A stretch of DNA of 64,000 nucleotides from Armatimonadota bacterium (GTDB lineage: Bacteria > Armatimonadota > Fimbriimonadia > Fimbriimonadales > GBS-DC), in NCBI GenBank assembly GCA_037445735.1, contig JBBIJY010000003.1:92842-156841 (forward strand), read 5' to 3'. Both the position numbers and the translations under genes were made by a program. The first letter of the stretch is position 1. Every line of letters starts with the position of its first letter. Shown piece after piece: positions 10,342-18,803 of the stretch. The notes under the pieces were generated by a model. That model ran no database searches, was not told where the DNA came from, and saw only the letters and a program-made list of their open reading frames with translations.

Positions 10342-10767
10342 ATGGCACGCACAATCCTGATGGCATATCGGGGCACGGAGGAGGACCGACGGGTTCTGCG
10401 CTGGCTCTGCCGCCTGATAAAGCAGACCCGTGCCAACCTGCGACTGGTCTATGTGCTGACCGTGCCGTTCAGCGAGCAGGTCGACGCGCCTGAACCGACA
10501 GGCTTACAGCAGGCGGAGCAGCTGCTGCTGGAGGCGGAGCGCATCGCCGAGCGCGAGGGCGTGATTGCCGCCGCCGATATTGTGCAGGCGCGCGACGCCG
10601 GCAGCGGACTGGTCTCCGAAGCCGAGGAGCTGGATGTCGACCTGCTGGTGCTGACCGACCGCCGCCATTTGCTGCCGCTGGAGAACCCGCTCGGCTACGG
10701 CACGGTCGCCTATGTGCTGCGCCACGCCCCATGCCCCGTCTGGATCTGCTACGAACCCATTCAATAG
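10342..10767 (+). CDS. Universal stress protein (USP) domain protein
   Basis: N-terminal beta strand ILMAY; C-terminal DLLVL...GYGTVAYVLRHAPCPVWI. Confidence 0.85.
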   Translation: MARTILMAYRGTEEDRRVLRWLCRLIKQTRANLRLVYVLTVPFSEQVDAPEPTGLQQAEQLLLEAERIAEREGVIAAADIVQARDAGSGLVSEAEELDVDLLVLTDRRHLLPLENPLGYGTVAYVLRHAPCPVWICYEPIQ

Positions 10768-10798
10768 TTAGGAGCAGGGTAAACTGTATGGGGAGCCT

Positions 10799-11377
10799 AT
10801 GGACGCGCACGACTATGCGAATCGGGTCTACCTGTCCGCTATAGAGGCGGCGAAGTTTCTGGGCGTCTCCGTGCGCACCGTTCACCGCCTCGTAACAGAG
10901 GGACGCCTGCCAGCACTCGTCGCCGCCAGTGGGCAGAAACGCTTCCGACTGCGCGACCTTGAAGCACTCAAACAGAACCTCGCCTGGCTCGTCAGTTCCC
11001 TGCAGCCGCCGTCCCTGCCAGATTGCATTACGCTGACCCTCAACGGCACAACCCAGCGAATCTATGTCAAAAATGCGCAATCGATGAAAGAGATCGGGGA
11101 TAATAGCATCCATCTGGTCATCACTTCGCCTCCCTACTTCAGCACGAAAATGTACGCCCGCGAGCCTATCGAGGGCGATCTCGGTAATATCCATTCGCTG
11201 GAGGAGTGGCTTGAGCAGATTGCCCTGGTCTGGCAGGAGGTCTATCGCGTGCTTCAATCAGGACGCAAAGCCTTCATCAATATTATGAATCTCCCCAGCC
11301 GAATGGCGGATGGCAGCTTCCGCACACTGAACCTGATGGGCAAAACCATCGACCTGTGCGAGAGGTGTATCAAATGA
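10799..11377 (+). pseudogene. Excisionase-type HTH fused to a truncated N4/N6 DNA methyltransferase
   Basis: YLSAIEAAKFLGVSVRTVHRLV HTH; IHLVITSPPYF catalytic motif; ORF stops before any SAM-binding DPFxGxG motif. Confidence 0.8.
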
Positions 11378-12327
11378 TGCCCGCACTGACAGTCGCAGAA
11401 ACGCAGCTTCCTCCGCCGCTTTATACGCGGGGCAAGGTGCGCGACACTTACGCGCTGGACGACGCCCTGCTGATGATAACCACCGACCGCCTCTCGGCGT
11501 TCGATGTGGTGCTGCCGACGCCCATCCCTGACAAGGGGCGCGTTCTGAACGGTCTCAGCGCGTTCTGGTTCCATCGCTTCGAACCGTGGATGCCCCATCA
11601 CCTGATCAGCACCGACTGGAGCGCGATTGCCGACGCGCTTCAGCGAGCGGGCGTGCCCGATGTGGATGCCTATCGTCCCCTGCTGATAGGGCGCACGATG
11701 CTGGTGCGACGGGCGAAGCCGTTCCCTGTGGAATGCGTCGTGCGCGGCTACCTCGCTGGCTCGCTCTGGAAAGAGTATCTGCAGGCGGGCGGCACCCAGC
11801 GCGACCAATCCATCATCCTGCACGGCATCCGTCTGCCTGCAGGACTGCGCGAATCGGAACGCCTGCCCGAACCCATCTTCACACCCGCCACCAAAGCCCA
11901 CAGCGGACACGACGAAAATATCTCCTTTGAGCAAATGGTGCACATCGTCGGGGCAGACCACGCCCGCCAGCTGCGCGAGTTGAGCCTGCGCCTCTACCAT
12001 GAGGCTGCCGAATACGCGCTCGCGCGCGGCATCATCATCGCCGACACCAAGTTCGAGTTCGGTCTGGATGACAATGGGCGCATTCTGCTGATTGACGAGG
12101 TGCTGACGCCCGATTCCTCGCGCTTCTGGGACGCCGCGCTCTATCAGCCCGGTCGCGCCCAGCCCAGTTATGATAAGCAGTTCGTGCGCGACTATCTCGA
12201 ATCGATCGGCTGGAACAAGCAACCGCCCGCGCCGCCTCTGCCGCCCGGCATCGTGCAGAAAACCGCCGACAAGTATCGCGAAGCGTACCGCCGACTGACG
12301 GGCGAGCCGCTGCCACCTGCCGACTAA
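11374..12327 (+). CDS. purC: SAICAR synthetase
   Basis: RGKVRDTY, TDRLSAFDVV, ECVVRGYLAGS, FTPATKA, DTKFEFG, DEVLTPDSSRFW, SYDKQFVRD. Confidence 0.97.
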   Translation: MMPALTVAETQLPPPLYTRGKVRDTYALDDALLMITTDRLSAFDVVLPTPIPDKGRVLNGLSAFWFHRFEPWMPHHLISTDWSAIADALQRAGVPDVDAYRPLLIGRTMLVRRAKPFPVECVVRGYLAGSLWKEYLQAGGTQRDQSIILHGIRLPAGLRESERLPEPIFTPATKAHSGHDENISFEQMVHIVGADHARQLRELSLRLYHEAAEYALARGIIIADTKFEFGLDDNGRILLIDEVLTPDSSRFWDAALYQPGRAQPSYDKQFVRDYLESIGWNKQPPAPPLPPGIVQKTADKYREAYRRLTGEPLPPAD

Positions 12328-12330
12328 GCC

Positions 12331-14574
12331 TCAGTCTTTCACCAGCGACCAGGCGGACATGCAGCGTGCGTAGTAGCTGCCACATTCTGGCTCGTTGAAG
12401 GGGTTGCGCCGCGCGCCATCATGGCGGGCGCGCACCGCCTCCACCACCGCCTGCGCCTCTGCCTCCAGTCCGTAATCCAGCAGCAGTCGCGCAAACAGAT
12501 ACTCCAGCCCTGTCCAGCACTCCGCCCAGTAGGGGAACGGCACTTCGGGACGCCCCCCACGCGGATAGGAGCAGATCAGCACGCCCGCCTCGTCGCCCAG
12601 CGCGTAGGTGCGCATCTGATTGTAATGCTGATGGAACCCGCGTCGGAAGTTGAAGCGATAGATGGAGCGCAGCGCCTGAACAATATGATCCCGCCGAAGC
12701 AGGTCGCCCAGCCCGACCCGGTTCGCCTTATATTGACCCACCAGCTGATCGATCAGGCAGCCGTCGCCCACCTGATAATGCTGGCAGAGCGGGTCGTCAG
12801 GCTGGAGCGCGGTCGTCATCGGATGGGGCGGCTCCTGCGGTCGCTGGAACCGCTGAACATAATAGTTGCCGTTGAACAGGTTCGCGTCCATCCACTGGCT
12901 ACCCTGCTCAAAGAGTCGCTGGCATTCGCGGGCGAAGGCGGCATCGCCAGCGATGAGCGCCATCTGCTCCATCGCCCGCAACGCCGTCAGGTACCATGTG
13001 CCACACGAGGGATTGGGTCCGAAAAACTCCACATCGTAGGTGTTGTGCTGGGCGCCCTCCATCACGCCGTCCCGATTGGTGTCCCACCCGCCGGGCACCC
13101 AGGCGAAGGCGAGCAGCCGTTTTAGTGTCGGATAGACCTGTCGGAGCCATGCTTCGTCGCCCTCGCGCCGATACTGCTGATAGGCGCGCACAATCAGCCC
13201 CATCTGCCCATCGGCGGCGGCGCGGTCGAAGCGCGCTGCGCCCAGCGGCAGGTCGAGCCGAAAGCGGTGCGCCCCGTCCGCTGTCAGCCCGTAGCGCAGA
13301 TGGCTCTCCAGCATCGAACGGTGAAGGTCCGGAAAGAGCGCGCACAGCGCCTCCTCGTAGTTCCACACATGCGTGCAGGAGCCATAACAGCAGCCCGTCG
13401 TCGCATTACAGCCCTCGAAGGCGCAGAAGGTGCCCTCCTCCAGCCGAAAGCAGGTTGGACTGCGCAACACGCTCAGGCAGTTAAGCGCCGATTCGGCGAA
13501 GGCGGGGTGTCGGGCGCGTTCGATGACCGAGCGCACGAACGCCAGCGTTCGCTGCTCCAGCTCCGACAGGCGCGGGATGACCGCCTGTGCCACCGTTAGC
13601 GCGTCGCGGAACCGCAGGGCATAATGGTTGCGCACGATGGGGTCGTCGCGCTCGCCACCCTGCCACCAGCCCAGCTCACGCAGGTCGCGATACGGGAAGT
13701 GCCAGCAGAGCAGGAACCGCGCCGTCTGCTGGCTCCCTGCGGGCAGGTCGAACTGCACGGAGAGCGAGCTGTTCCAGCCATGCTCGTCGCTGGGCGGGCA
13801 CGGCTCATCGGGCACCGCATCGGCAATCGCCCCGTCAGTCAGCAGGGTATCGATCAGCCCGAGCAGTTCGCGGTTCCATGCGCGGTCGCGAAACGCCCAT
13901 CGGCGCGCTGCCACCACCGGGCGTTCGCTTAGCAGGGCGAGCGTGCCCCAGCGCGGCGACCGCTGCTCCGGCTGCTTGCAAAAAAAAAGCCCCTGCCAGC
14001 CCTCGACCTGCGCGAACTCGGTGCGATTGCCGCGCAGGTCGCTCACGACCCCATCGCTGCCGATGAAGTTGGTCAGCACAAAAGTCAGCGACACCGCGAG
14101 CGGCACAGAACCCCGATTGGATACCTGCACGCTGAGCATGCCAAACGGCAGGCTGGAATCGTCCGTCGCTTCGGGGATGAGCGGGTTGAAGGCAGCCAAA
14201 GCGACCTCGATGGGCAGGCTCGGATCGCGCAGGTGGGCACGCCCGAACGGGTACGCCGATTCGAAACTCACTGCCCGCATGCGCGGGATACCGCCCAGCG
14301 CCTGCGGCACGCCGTGATCGGCATCCAGCTGGAGCCGTGTGATGCCCTCCAGCACGCGCAGATAGGTCTGCCCGCGCGGCGTGCGAACCCACAGTAGCAG
14401 ATGGGCGTAAGGCGGTCGCCAGCCCCGATGCGGACGGCTCATCAACTGCCAGTCGGTGAGCGCACCATCGCCTGTGAGCGCGAAGCAACCCGTGCCGATG
14501 CCGCCCACTGGCATCACTATCGCCCGCAGGCGCGAGCGCCCATATCGCGCCACCACCGGAAAATCGCTTGCCAC
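12331..14574 (-). CDS. Glycoside hydrolase family 116 (GBA2-like)
   Basis: MPVGGIGTG, AFNPLIP, FEGC...GSCTHVWNY, AADGQMG, QHNTYDVEF, DQLVGQ, NPFNEPECGSYYAR. Confidence 0.88.
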   Translation of the reverse strand: MASDFPVVARYGRSRLRAIVMPVGGIGTGCFALTGDGALTDWQLMSRPHRGWRPPYAHLLLWVRTPRGQTYLRVLEGITRLQLDADHGVPQALGGIPRMRAVSFESAYPFGRAHLRDPSLPIEVALAAFNPLIPEATDDSSLPFGMLSVQVSNRGSVPLAVSLTFVLTNFIGSDGVVSDLRGNRTEFAQVEGWQGLFFCKQPEQRSPRWGTLALLSERPVVAARRWAFRDRAWNRELLGLIDTLLTDGAIADAVPDEPCPPSDEHGWNSSLSVQFDLPAGSQQTARFLLCWHFPYRDLRELGWWQGGERDDPIVRNHYALRFRDALTVAQAVIPRLSELEQRTLAFVRSVIERARHPAFAESALNCLSVLRSPTCFRLEEGTFCAFEGCNATTGCCYGSCTHVWNYEEALCALFPDLHRSMLESHLRYGLTADGAHRFRLDLPLGAARFDRAAADGQMGLIVRAYQQYRREGDEAWLRQVYPTLKRLLAFAWVPGGWDTNRDGVMEGAQHNTYDVEFFGPNPSCGTWYLTALRAMEQMALIAGDAAFARECQRLFEQGSQWMDANLFNGNYYVQRFQRPQEPPHPMTTALQPDDPLCQHYQVGDGCLIDQLVGQYKANRVGLGDLLRRDHIVQALRSIYRFNFRRGFHQHYNQMRTYALGDEAGVLICSYPRGGRPEVPFPYWAECWTGLEYLFARLLLDYGLEAEAQAVVEAVRARHDGARRNPFNEPECGSYYARCMSAWSLVKD

Positions 14575-14659
14575 AAGCCAGAACTTCTGCCTGCATCCTG
14601 CCTTCCCTGCCTGTTAGCGGTGATGGCGCAGGCGTGTGGACCCTTCACCGGACGATGCT

Positions 14660-15667
14660 TCACAGGGCGTTGCCCGTTTCGGCGCCCGTGCTCGGGTTGC
14701 CTGAGCGGGGCTGTTCAGGCGAGCGCTCGCGACTGGGTTCGGGTGCCAGGCGCTCGATGCGCACCTGCACCTGCACCTCGCGTGTACCGATAATCTCAAC
14801 CCCGCGCGGCACCTGCAACGGCACTTGGAGCGTGGCGTCCTGCGTCAGGTTGCGAAGCGAGATGGGCGTGGTCTCAATCACATTAATCTCCTTCAGGCGA
14901 CCGGGGCTGCCCCGCACCTGCACCGCGACCGGCTCTACCGCGAACCATGCCACCCGATAGGGAAACTGGGGCAGCTCGCCCAGTCGCGGGCTGACAGGCA
15001 CCGTCTTGACCGTCGGCTGCGGGATCAGGCGCAGTTTGAGGCGCACGCTCGCCGGGTTCAACTGCACGCTCAACACGGGGTTGCCCGCGCCATCTAATGC
15101 CATCGGGGTGATGTCCACCTCGATATCGCCCTGCAAGCCCGTCAGGTCAAAGGGCACCTGCACCTGCTGGACGCGGCGCACCTCACTCACCGTGCCGCTC
15201 ACTCGCACACTGTTCGGTTCCGTGACGGCTTCTGCCAGCACCTCGCGCACTTCAGGCGTGCCTGTGAGGCGCACCCGCACAGGCAGCTGGCGCGTCAGGC
15301 GCGGCTCGATCACCACCCGCACACGCTGCCGATCCGCCTGCAAGCTCAATTCACCGTTCCAGCCCGGCGGGTACTGCAGGGTGATGGGCAGCCAGTTCTC
15401 GCCCGGCTTCGCCGTGCGCAGATCGACGGCGGCGCGAATGCGATCCGCGCTGGTCGCCTCCACCACCTCCTTGACCCCGCGCAGCGTGACGCGCACGCGC
15501 GGGCTACCTTCCAGCCGCACCTCGTATCCAGTGGGCGCGTTCAGCAGCTCAATCGGCACTTCGTAAGCGCGCTCCACCATCGGGTGCAGCTGCGACTGCA
15601 CATACAGCACCAGCACAATCGCAATAATCAGCGAGCCAATCTTCTCGACAAGGTTCTGTCGTAGCAT
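14660..15667 (-). CDS. cdaR: YbbR-repeat CdaA regulator
   Basis: N-terminal TM plus three YbbR-like repeats (V.V.L.G, P..V.V.G); directly downstream of cdaA. Confidence 0.88.
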   Translation of the reverse strand: MLRQNLVEKIGSLIIAIVLVLYVQSQLHPMVERAYEVPIELLNAPTGYEVRLEGSPRVRVTLRGVKEVVEATSADRIRAAVDLRTAKPGENWLPITLQYPPGWNGELSLQADRQRVRVVIEPRLTRQLPVRVRLTGTPEVREVLAEAVTEPNSVRVSGTVSEVRRVQQVQVPFDLTGLQGDIEVDITPMALDGAGNPVLSVQLNPASVRLKLRLIPQPTVKTVPVSPRLGELPQFPYRVAWFAVEPVAVQVRGSPGRLKEINVIETTPISLRNLTQDATLQVPLQVPRGVEIIGTREVQVQVRIERLAPEPSRERSPEQPRSGNPSTGAETGNAL

Positions 15668-15679
15668 CGTGGTTCTCCG

Positions 15680-16678
15680 TCACCCCTTTCTGACCTGCTG
15701 TCCACTTCCCTCACTTGCCGCGTGGGAGAGGGGCTGGGGGTGAGGACTGCTCCCCTCGCCCACAGCGTGGGAGAGGGGCTGGGGGTGAGGGCTGCTCCCC
15801 TCGCCCACCGGCTCGGATGAGGGGTTCACCGTGCGCTGTGGCGCGCGCATGCGGGTGGAGAAGGCGCGCCCCACGCGCCGCAACAGGCGCGGGCGCGTCT
15901 CACCAATCAACAGGTCGATCAGCAGGCGGCGCAGATGCTCACCGTCCACATTTTGCGTCCACGCGCCGTCCACCGCCACCGTGATCTGACCCGTCTCCTC
16001 CGACACGATAATCGCGATGCAGTCGGCATTCTCGGTCGCGCCGATGCCCGCGCGATGGCGCGTGTGCAGCGTGTCGGGAATGGTGGGGTTCTCACTGATC
16101 TCGCTGAAGTAGACGGCAGCCTCCACAATCTGGTCGCCGCGCAAAATCACGGCGCCATCGTGCAGGGGCGAACCCGGATAGAAAATCGTGCGCAACAGTG
16201 GCGCACTCACCTCCGCCTGAACCTCGATGCCACGCCCCTCCGCCACAGCATCCTGGCGCTCCCAGACAATCAACGCGCCGATGCGGTCGCGCGCCATCTG
16301 CTGCACGGCGGTGACCACCTGATCGATGGCGCGGCGCAGCGGCTCCCCTTCACTGCCGCCAAAGCTGGCACGCCAGAACTCCACGCGCCCAATCGTCTCC
16401 AGCACCCGCCGCAACTCCGGGAAAAACAGGATGACCAGCGCCACTGGCCCCAGTGTGGTGGCGCGATCGAGCAACCAGTGAATCGTCTCCAGCCGCATCA
16501 GGTCGCTCAAGTAGAGCGCCAGCGAGAAGATGAGCAGCCCGATCAGCACCTGGTAGGCGCGCGTGCCTTTCGCCAGCAACAGCAGCCGATAAATCAAATA
16601 CGCCACCAGCAGCGTGTCGAGAGCCAGCAGCAGCCAGCGTGAAGAGAGATGCTCGATAAACCTCAGCCAGTCGCTCAA
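15680..16678 (-). CDS. cdaA: Membrane diadenylate cyclase
   Basis: Three N-terminal TMs, FFPELRR, IGALIV, FYPGSPLHDGA and TRHRA DAC motifs, IIVSEETG. Confidence 0.95.
   Translation of the reverse strand: MSDWLRFIEHLSSRWLLLALDTLLVAYLIYRLLLLAKGTRAYQVLIGLLIFSLALYLSDLMRLETIHWLLDRATTLGPVALVILFFPELRRVLETIGRVEFWRASFGGSEGEPLRRAIDQVVTAVQQMARDRIGALIVWERQDAVAEGRGIEVQAEVSAPLLRTIFYPGSPLHDGAVILRGDQIVEAAVYFSEISENPTIPDTLHTRHRAGIGATENADCIAIIVSEETGQITVAVDGAWTQNVDGEHLRRLLIDLLIGETRPRLLRRVGRAFSTRMRAPQRTVNPSSEPVGEGSSPHPQPLSHAVGEGSSPHPQPLSHAASEGSGQQVRKG
15706..15810. repeat. Tandem 45-bp palindromic repeat inside the cdaA 3' end
   Basis: gcgtgggagaggggctgggggtgaggRctgctcccctcgcccac x2 (15720-15764, 15765-15809), encoding VGEGSSPHPQPLSHA twice. 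Confidence 0.9.
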
Positions 16679-16718
16679 TCCACCACCTCACCCTATATTA
16701 TAACCAACGGCGAAGCGG

Positions 16719-16724
16719 TATAAT
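16719..16724 (+). promoter_or_regulatory. -10 box of rnpB
   Basis: ggTATAAT 6 nt before the start of the P1 helix. Confidence 0.7.
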
Positions 16725-16730
16725 AAGAGT

Positions 16731-17071
16731 GGGCTGCTGGCTGGGTGGCGGCTCCCTGCGAAGGCAGGGGGAGGAAAGTCCGGGCTTCACAGGAGACTGT
16801 GCTGGGTAACGCCCAGGCGCCTGACCAGGCGACGGAAAGTGCCACAGAAACGCAGACCGCCCGCAAGGGCAAGGGTGCAACGGTGCGGTAAGAGCGCACC
16901 AGCGTGCGCGCGAGCGCCCGGCTGGGCAAACCCCGCAGGAAGCAAGGTCAAATAGGGAGGGGATGACGCGCTCCGCCGACCCTCCGGGTTGACCGCTCGA
17001 GGCTTCGCGCAAGCGAACGCCCCAGAGAGATCGCCACCACGAACAGAACCCGGCTTACACGCCAGCAGCCC
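16731..17071 (+). ncRNA. rnpB: RNase P RNA (bacterial type A)
   Basis: GAGGAAAGTCCGGGC, GGAAAGTGCCACAGAAA, GGTAAGAG, GGCAAACCCC, ACAGAACCCGGCTTAC; P1 helix gggctgctggc/gccagcagccc. Confidence 0.97.
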
Positions 17072-17072
17072 C

Positions 17073-17104
17073 TTGACTCGACACTCGACTGCAGAGTGTA
17101 TCCT
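17073..17104 (+). promoter_or_regulatory. MerR-type promoter/operator
   Basis: TTGACT-20 bp-TATCCT with internal dyad ACACTC-N7-GAGTGT. Confidence 0.85.
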
Positions 17105-17114
17105 GAATCGCACG

Positions 17115-17768
17115 ATGGCACGGCTCTGGCAGATTGGGGAGATGGCGAAACGGGCGGGTGTGAAGGTCTCCACCCTGCGCTATTATGACGCCTGTGGACT
17201 GCTTCCGCCCGCTTATCGCGCCGAATCGGGCTACCGCCTCTACGCCCCACAGCAGCTGGAGCGGCTCCAGTTCATTCTGGAGGCGAAACGGCTGGGGCTG
17301 AACCTGCGCCAGATTCGGCAGATACTGACACTCAGCGACTCGGGCGAGCAACCGTGCGAGCGAGTTGCGCTCCTGCTCCAGCGCATGGTGGCGCGACTCG
17401 ACGAGCGGATTGCTCAGCTGCGGGCGCGGCGCGACGCCCTGCTGTACGCTCTGTCGCACGCCCAGCGCACTGGCTCGCCATCCCCCTGCGCGTTGCTGAC
17501 CACCGCCATCGACTATCAACGGAGGTGTTCCGAAATGGCACGTACCATCGAAGTGTTCACAGCGGGCTGCTCTCTGTGTGATGAGGCGGTGCAGCGGGTG
17601 CGGAACGCGGTCGCTCACTGCGGCTGCACGGTCATCACCCGCGCGCCCGACAGCCCCGAAGCACAACAGTATGGCATTCGGGCGGTGCCCGCGATTGTTG
17701 TGGACGGGCAACTGGTCTTCACAGGGCTGCCCACGCAGGAGCAGGCGAACGCCCTGCTCCGTCGCTAA
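17115..17768 (+). CDS. MerR-family metal regulator fused in frame to a CxxC thioredoxin-like domain
   Basis: WQIGEMAKRAGVKVSTLRYYD..GLL..GYRLY HTH; IEVFTAGCSLC...YGIRAVPAIVVDG thioredoxin fold; internal GGAGGT RBS and ATG at 17535. Confidence 0.88.
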   Translation: MARLWQIGEMAKRAGVKVSTLRYYDACGLLPPAYRAESGYRLYAPQQLERLQFILEAKRLGLNLRQIRQILTLSDSGEQPCERVALLLQRMVARLDERIAQLRARRDALLYALSHAQRTGSPSPCALLTTAIDYQRRCSEMARTIEVFTAGCSLCDEAVQRVRNAVAHCGCTVITRAPDSPEAQQYGIRAVPAIVVDGQLVFTGLPTQEQANALLRR

Positions 17769-17776
17769 CATGCTGG

Positions 17777-17802
17777 GGGCAGAGGGGAGATACCCTCTGC
17801 CC
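17777..17802. terminator. Stem-loop after the merR/thioredoxin gene
   Basis: gggcagaggg-gagata-ccctctgccc perfect 10-bp stem; no U-tract. Confidence 0.45.
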
Positions 17803-17912
17803 ACCGTGCAGTTAGGGAAGTGCAACCGCCTGTTAGGGGCAGGAATCCATACTGCGATGGTGTATAATGGAAATCGGGCGGCAAGCGTTGCCAGCCCCAG
17901 AAAAGGAGGTCG

Positions 17913-18800
17913 ATGACGATGATGAGACGAACACTTTTGCTGATTGGCGCGCTGCTTGCAGGCAGCGCAACGGCGCAGTGCCTGCTGACCGACTTCGAGG
18001 GCTACACGGTTGGCTCCAACGGCATCGTGATGTTTCGCCAGCCCAGCTTCTCCGGCTCCACGGCAGGTTTCCTTGCCTACACCGGTTCCTGCAGTCTCGG
18101 ACCCAACTGCTCCATCATCTCCGACGAGCAGAACCACACGGCGAACGGCTCCCAGTCGCTGAAGGTGGTGTGGCAATTCACAGGGACGGCATCGAACGCC
18201 TGGCTGAGGCTGACCACCTTCAACACACTGAACCTGCCCAACCCCACCATCGATTTCAGCCACAAGCTGGTGGTGTGGGTCTATGTGCCGAGCGGCACGC
18301 CCGACTTCTATCTGACGCTGGGCGTGCGCGAGACCGGCAGCACCGCAGCTTGCGGTGGGAACGGAGGTACCTCGGGCGGCATCGAATGGGTGGGCGCCAC
18401 CTCCGGGTATCCACCCGTCGGTAAGCTGATCGACCAGAAAGATCAGTGGGTGCGGGTGGAGTTCAACATCCCGAATGAGCCGCTGGTCGCCTTCGCAGGG
18501 AGCACAGCCAACGGTAGACTGGACACCACAACAGGCACGCTGGAGCAGCTGGCATTCACACCCGTTGATCCGACGCGAACCGACATCTACACGGTCTATC
18601 TGGACGACATCGAAACGATAACAGCGGGCATTCCGGGCGATGTGAACGGCGACGGCTGCGTGGACGACGCGGACCTGCTGGCGGTGCTGTTCGCCTTCGG
18701 GCAGACGGGCAGTGGCTTGCCTGAGGATGTGAACGGCGACGGCGTGGTGGATGACGCCGACCTGCTCACAGTGCTGTTCAACTTCGGGCAGGGCTGCTGA
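17913..18800 (+). CDS. Secreted protein with C-terminal dockerin-like double repeat
   Basis: AAGGAGG RBS, signal peptide, beta-rich domain, GDVNGDGCVDDADLLAVLFAFG...DVNGDGVVDDADLLTVLFNFGQGC. Confidence 0.85.
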   Translation: MTMMRRTLLLIGALLAGSATAQCLLTDFEGYTVGSNGIVMFRQPSFSGSTAGFLAYTGSCSLGPNCSIISDEQNHTANGSQSLKVVWQFTGTASNAWLRLTTFNTLNLPNPTIDFSHKLVVWVYVPSGTPDFYLTLGVRETGSTAACGGNGGTSGGIEWVGATSGYPPVGKLIDQKDQWVRVEFNIPNEPLVAFAGSTANGRLDTTTGTLEQLAFTPVDPTRTDIYTVYLDDIETITAGIPGDVNGDGCVDDADLLAVLFAFGQTGSGLPEDVNGDGVVDDADLLTVLFNFGQGC

Positions 18801-18803
18801 ATC

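Noticed and set aside
13980-13988. A9 tract in the GH116 gene (and A8 in glyQ) as phase-variation sites
   Set aside because: Frames are intact, the runs are explained by Phe/Lys codons, and A/T runs of this length are unremarkable
16693-17114. Several ORF-track ORFs across 16.7-17.1 kb, including the 16989 start of the MerR ORF
   Set aside because: They overlap the RNase P RNA; the MerR start at 17115 follows its own promoter
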